From Chloroflexota bacterium (GTDB taxonomy: Bacteria; Chloroflexota; Anaerolineae; J036; Brachytrichaceae), in assembly GCA_025354985.1 (NCBI GenBank), contig JANXLU010000087.1:82813-146812 (forward strand): 64,000 bases of DNA. The letters run 5' to 3'. Positions within the stretch are counted from its first letter, which is position 1. Each line of letters starts with the position of its first letter. A program made the translations under genes and the position numbers. The notes beneath the pieces are model-generated. The model made no database searches. It was not told where the DNA came from and was given only the letters and a program-made list of their open reading frames with translations. Positions 63,291-64,000 of the stretch are shown piece after piece.

Positions 63291-64000
63291 ATGTCTGAAA
63301 CCAATTTCCACACGGTCGTCGCGGTTTCTGATCCCAGCTCATTGCCCTCTTGGCTGGCACTGGCTCGTGCCATGTCACCCGCAAACACCCACCTGGAGTT
63401 GCGTGCACTCGTGACCATACCCGCCGGCCATTCCGAAAACGTGGCTGGCCCAACTGTGCGCAGATGGTGGCACGTCCTCGCCGATCTGCAACAACTGGAC
63501 CGGCTCGGCGATGTTACAGCCAACATCATTGCCGAACACAAACCCATGACCGCTTTGCAAAAAGAACTCCGGATCGTTGGCGCCGACCTGCTGCTGGTTC
63601 AATGGGCCGGCCCATTTTCGACCGGGCCGGAATCCGAAAGCGACCTCTTTGTCCAGGATTTCCCGTTCGACGTGGTTCTCCTCGCCCGCTTTGATCAGGA
63701 CATTCAGAATCTGCCAAGCCCGGTGCTTTTGCCGTTGCGTGGTGGACCCAATCTCTCCATCGGCTTGCGCGCCGCGCGCGCGCTCGCTGCCAACGCGGGC
63801 ATCACCCTGCTAAATGTATCTGATTCTCAAGCGCTCGCGGCAAATCTCGATCCATTCTTGTCACGCGAGCCCAATGTAACGCGCACACGCTCGGAACTCG
63901 GCGAACCATCTGCCATCGTGTTGCAGGAATCCCTCCGCCACAAAGCCATCGTCTTCGGCTCCGGTCGTGCCATCGCCGCCGTTCCACCCCTTCTCAAAAG
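63291..64000 (+). CDS. Universal-stress-protein-like (tandem USP-fold) protein, partial; runs off the window
   Basis: Open frame to the window end, so it is absent from the ORF track. MSETNFHTVVAVSDPSS...GADLLLVQW...VLLPLRGGPNLSIGLRAARALA...ITLLNV. Alternative in-frame ATGs at 63255 and 63273. Confidence 0.4.
   Translation, partial: MSETNFHTVVAVSDPSSLPSWLALARAMSPANTHLELRALVTIPAGHSENVAGPTVRRWWHVLADLQQLDRLGDVTANIIAEHKPMTALQKELRIVGADLLLVQWAGPFSTGPESESDLFVQDFPFDVVLLARFDQDIQNLPSPVLLPLRGGPNLSIGLRAARALAANAGITLLNVSDSQALAANLDPFLSREPNVTRTRSELGEPSAIVLQESLRHKAIVFGSGRAIAAVPPLLK

Noticed and set aside
1-64000. Genome-wide TGA reassignment (genetic code 4 or 25) as the explanation for the three in-frame TGAs
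   Set aside because: TGA clearly functions as a stop in this window, for example in the ATGA stop-start overlaps at 4128-4131, 5240-5243 and 14349-14352. The in-frame TGAs are therefore local events: Sec recoding or mutation.
1-64000. Mobile elements, prophage, defence islands, toxin-antitoxin pairs, tRNA/rRNA genes
   Set aside because: I scanned ORF translations and intergenic regions. I found no transposase, integrase, recombinase, phage structural, restriction-modification, Cas or TA-like signatures, and no cloverleaf-like tRNA sequences in the intergenic gaps.

Overview
GC-rich bacterial chromosomal segment with about 50 densely packed genes. Gene content and GC-rich palindromic intergenic repeats suggest a filamentous Chloroflexota-like organism, but I cannot verify this without a search. 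Most of the window is ordinary metabolism: a hydantoinase / ornithine cyclodeaminase / SelA-like / amidohydrolase / aminotransferase cluster; rpsF; two tandem pairs of Gfo/Idh/MocA oxidoreductases; an exopolysaccharide-type cluster (priming sugar transferase, GT2, GNAT-like protein, B12-domain-less acyl-CoA mutase); a rhamnose/fucose-type sugar cluster; and many small detoxification or acetyltransferase genes. I recognised no rRNA, tRNA, CRISPR array, transposase, integrase or phage genes. Four things stand out. (1) Three minus-strand genes are interrupted by a single in-frame TGA followed by a hairpin. Two of these TGAs fall exactly on a redox-motif cysteine position (UxxC in a peroxiredoxin-like gene, CxxU in an AhpD/CMD-like gene), so they are probably selenoproteins that the ORF track splits or misses. 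The third, in a threonine dehydratase-like gene, is ambiguous. (2) A 2962-aa EssC/EccC-like FtsK/SpoIIIE ATPase (36021-44909) carries a triplicated two-ATPase module, giving 8 P-loop-type domains where the usual count is 3-4. It has no WXG100 or other type VII secretion genes next to it, and it has a promoter-like element positioned for a leaderless transcript. (3) A stand-alone NRPS-like A-T-TE enzyme has an atypical thioesterase nucleophile motif. (4) A 1497-aa secreted multidomain protein is flanked by duplicated sequence. All functional calls come from reading motifs by eye. No database search was run.
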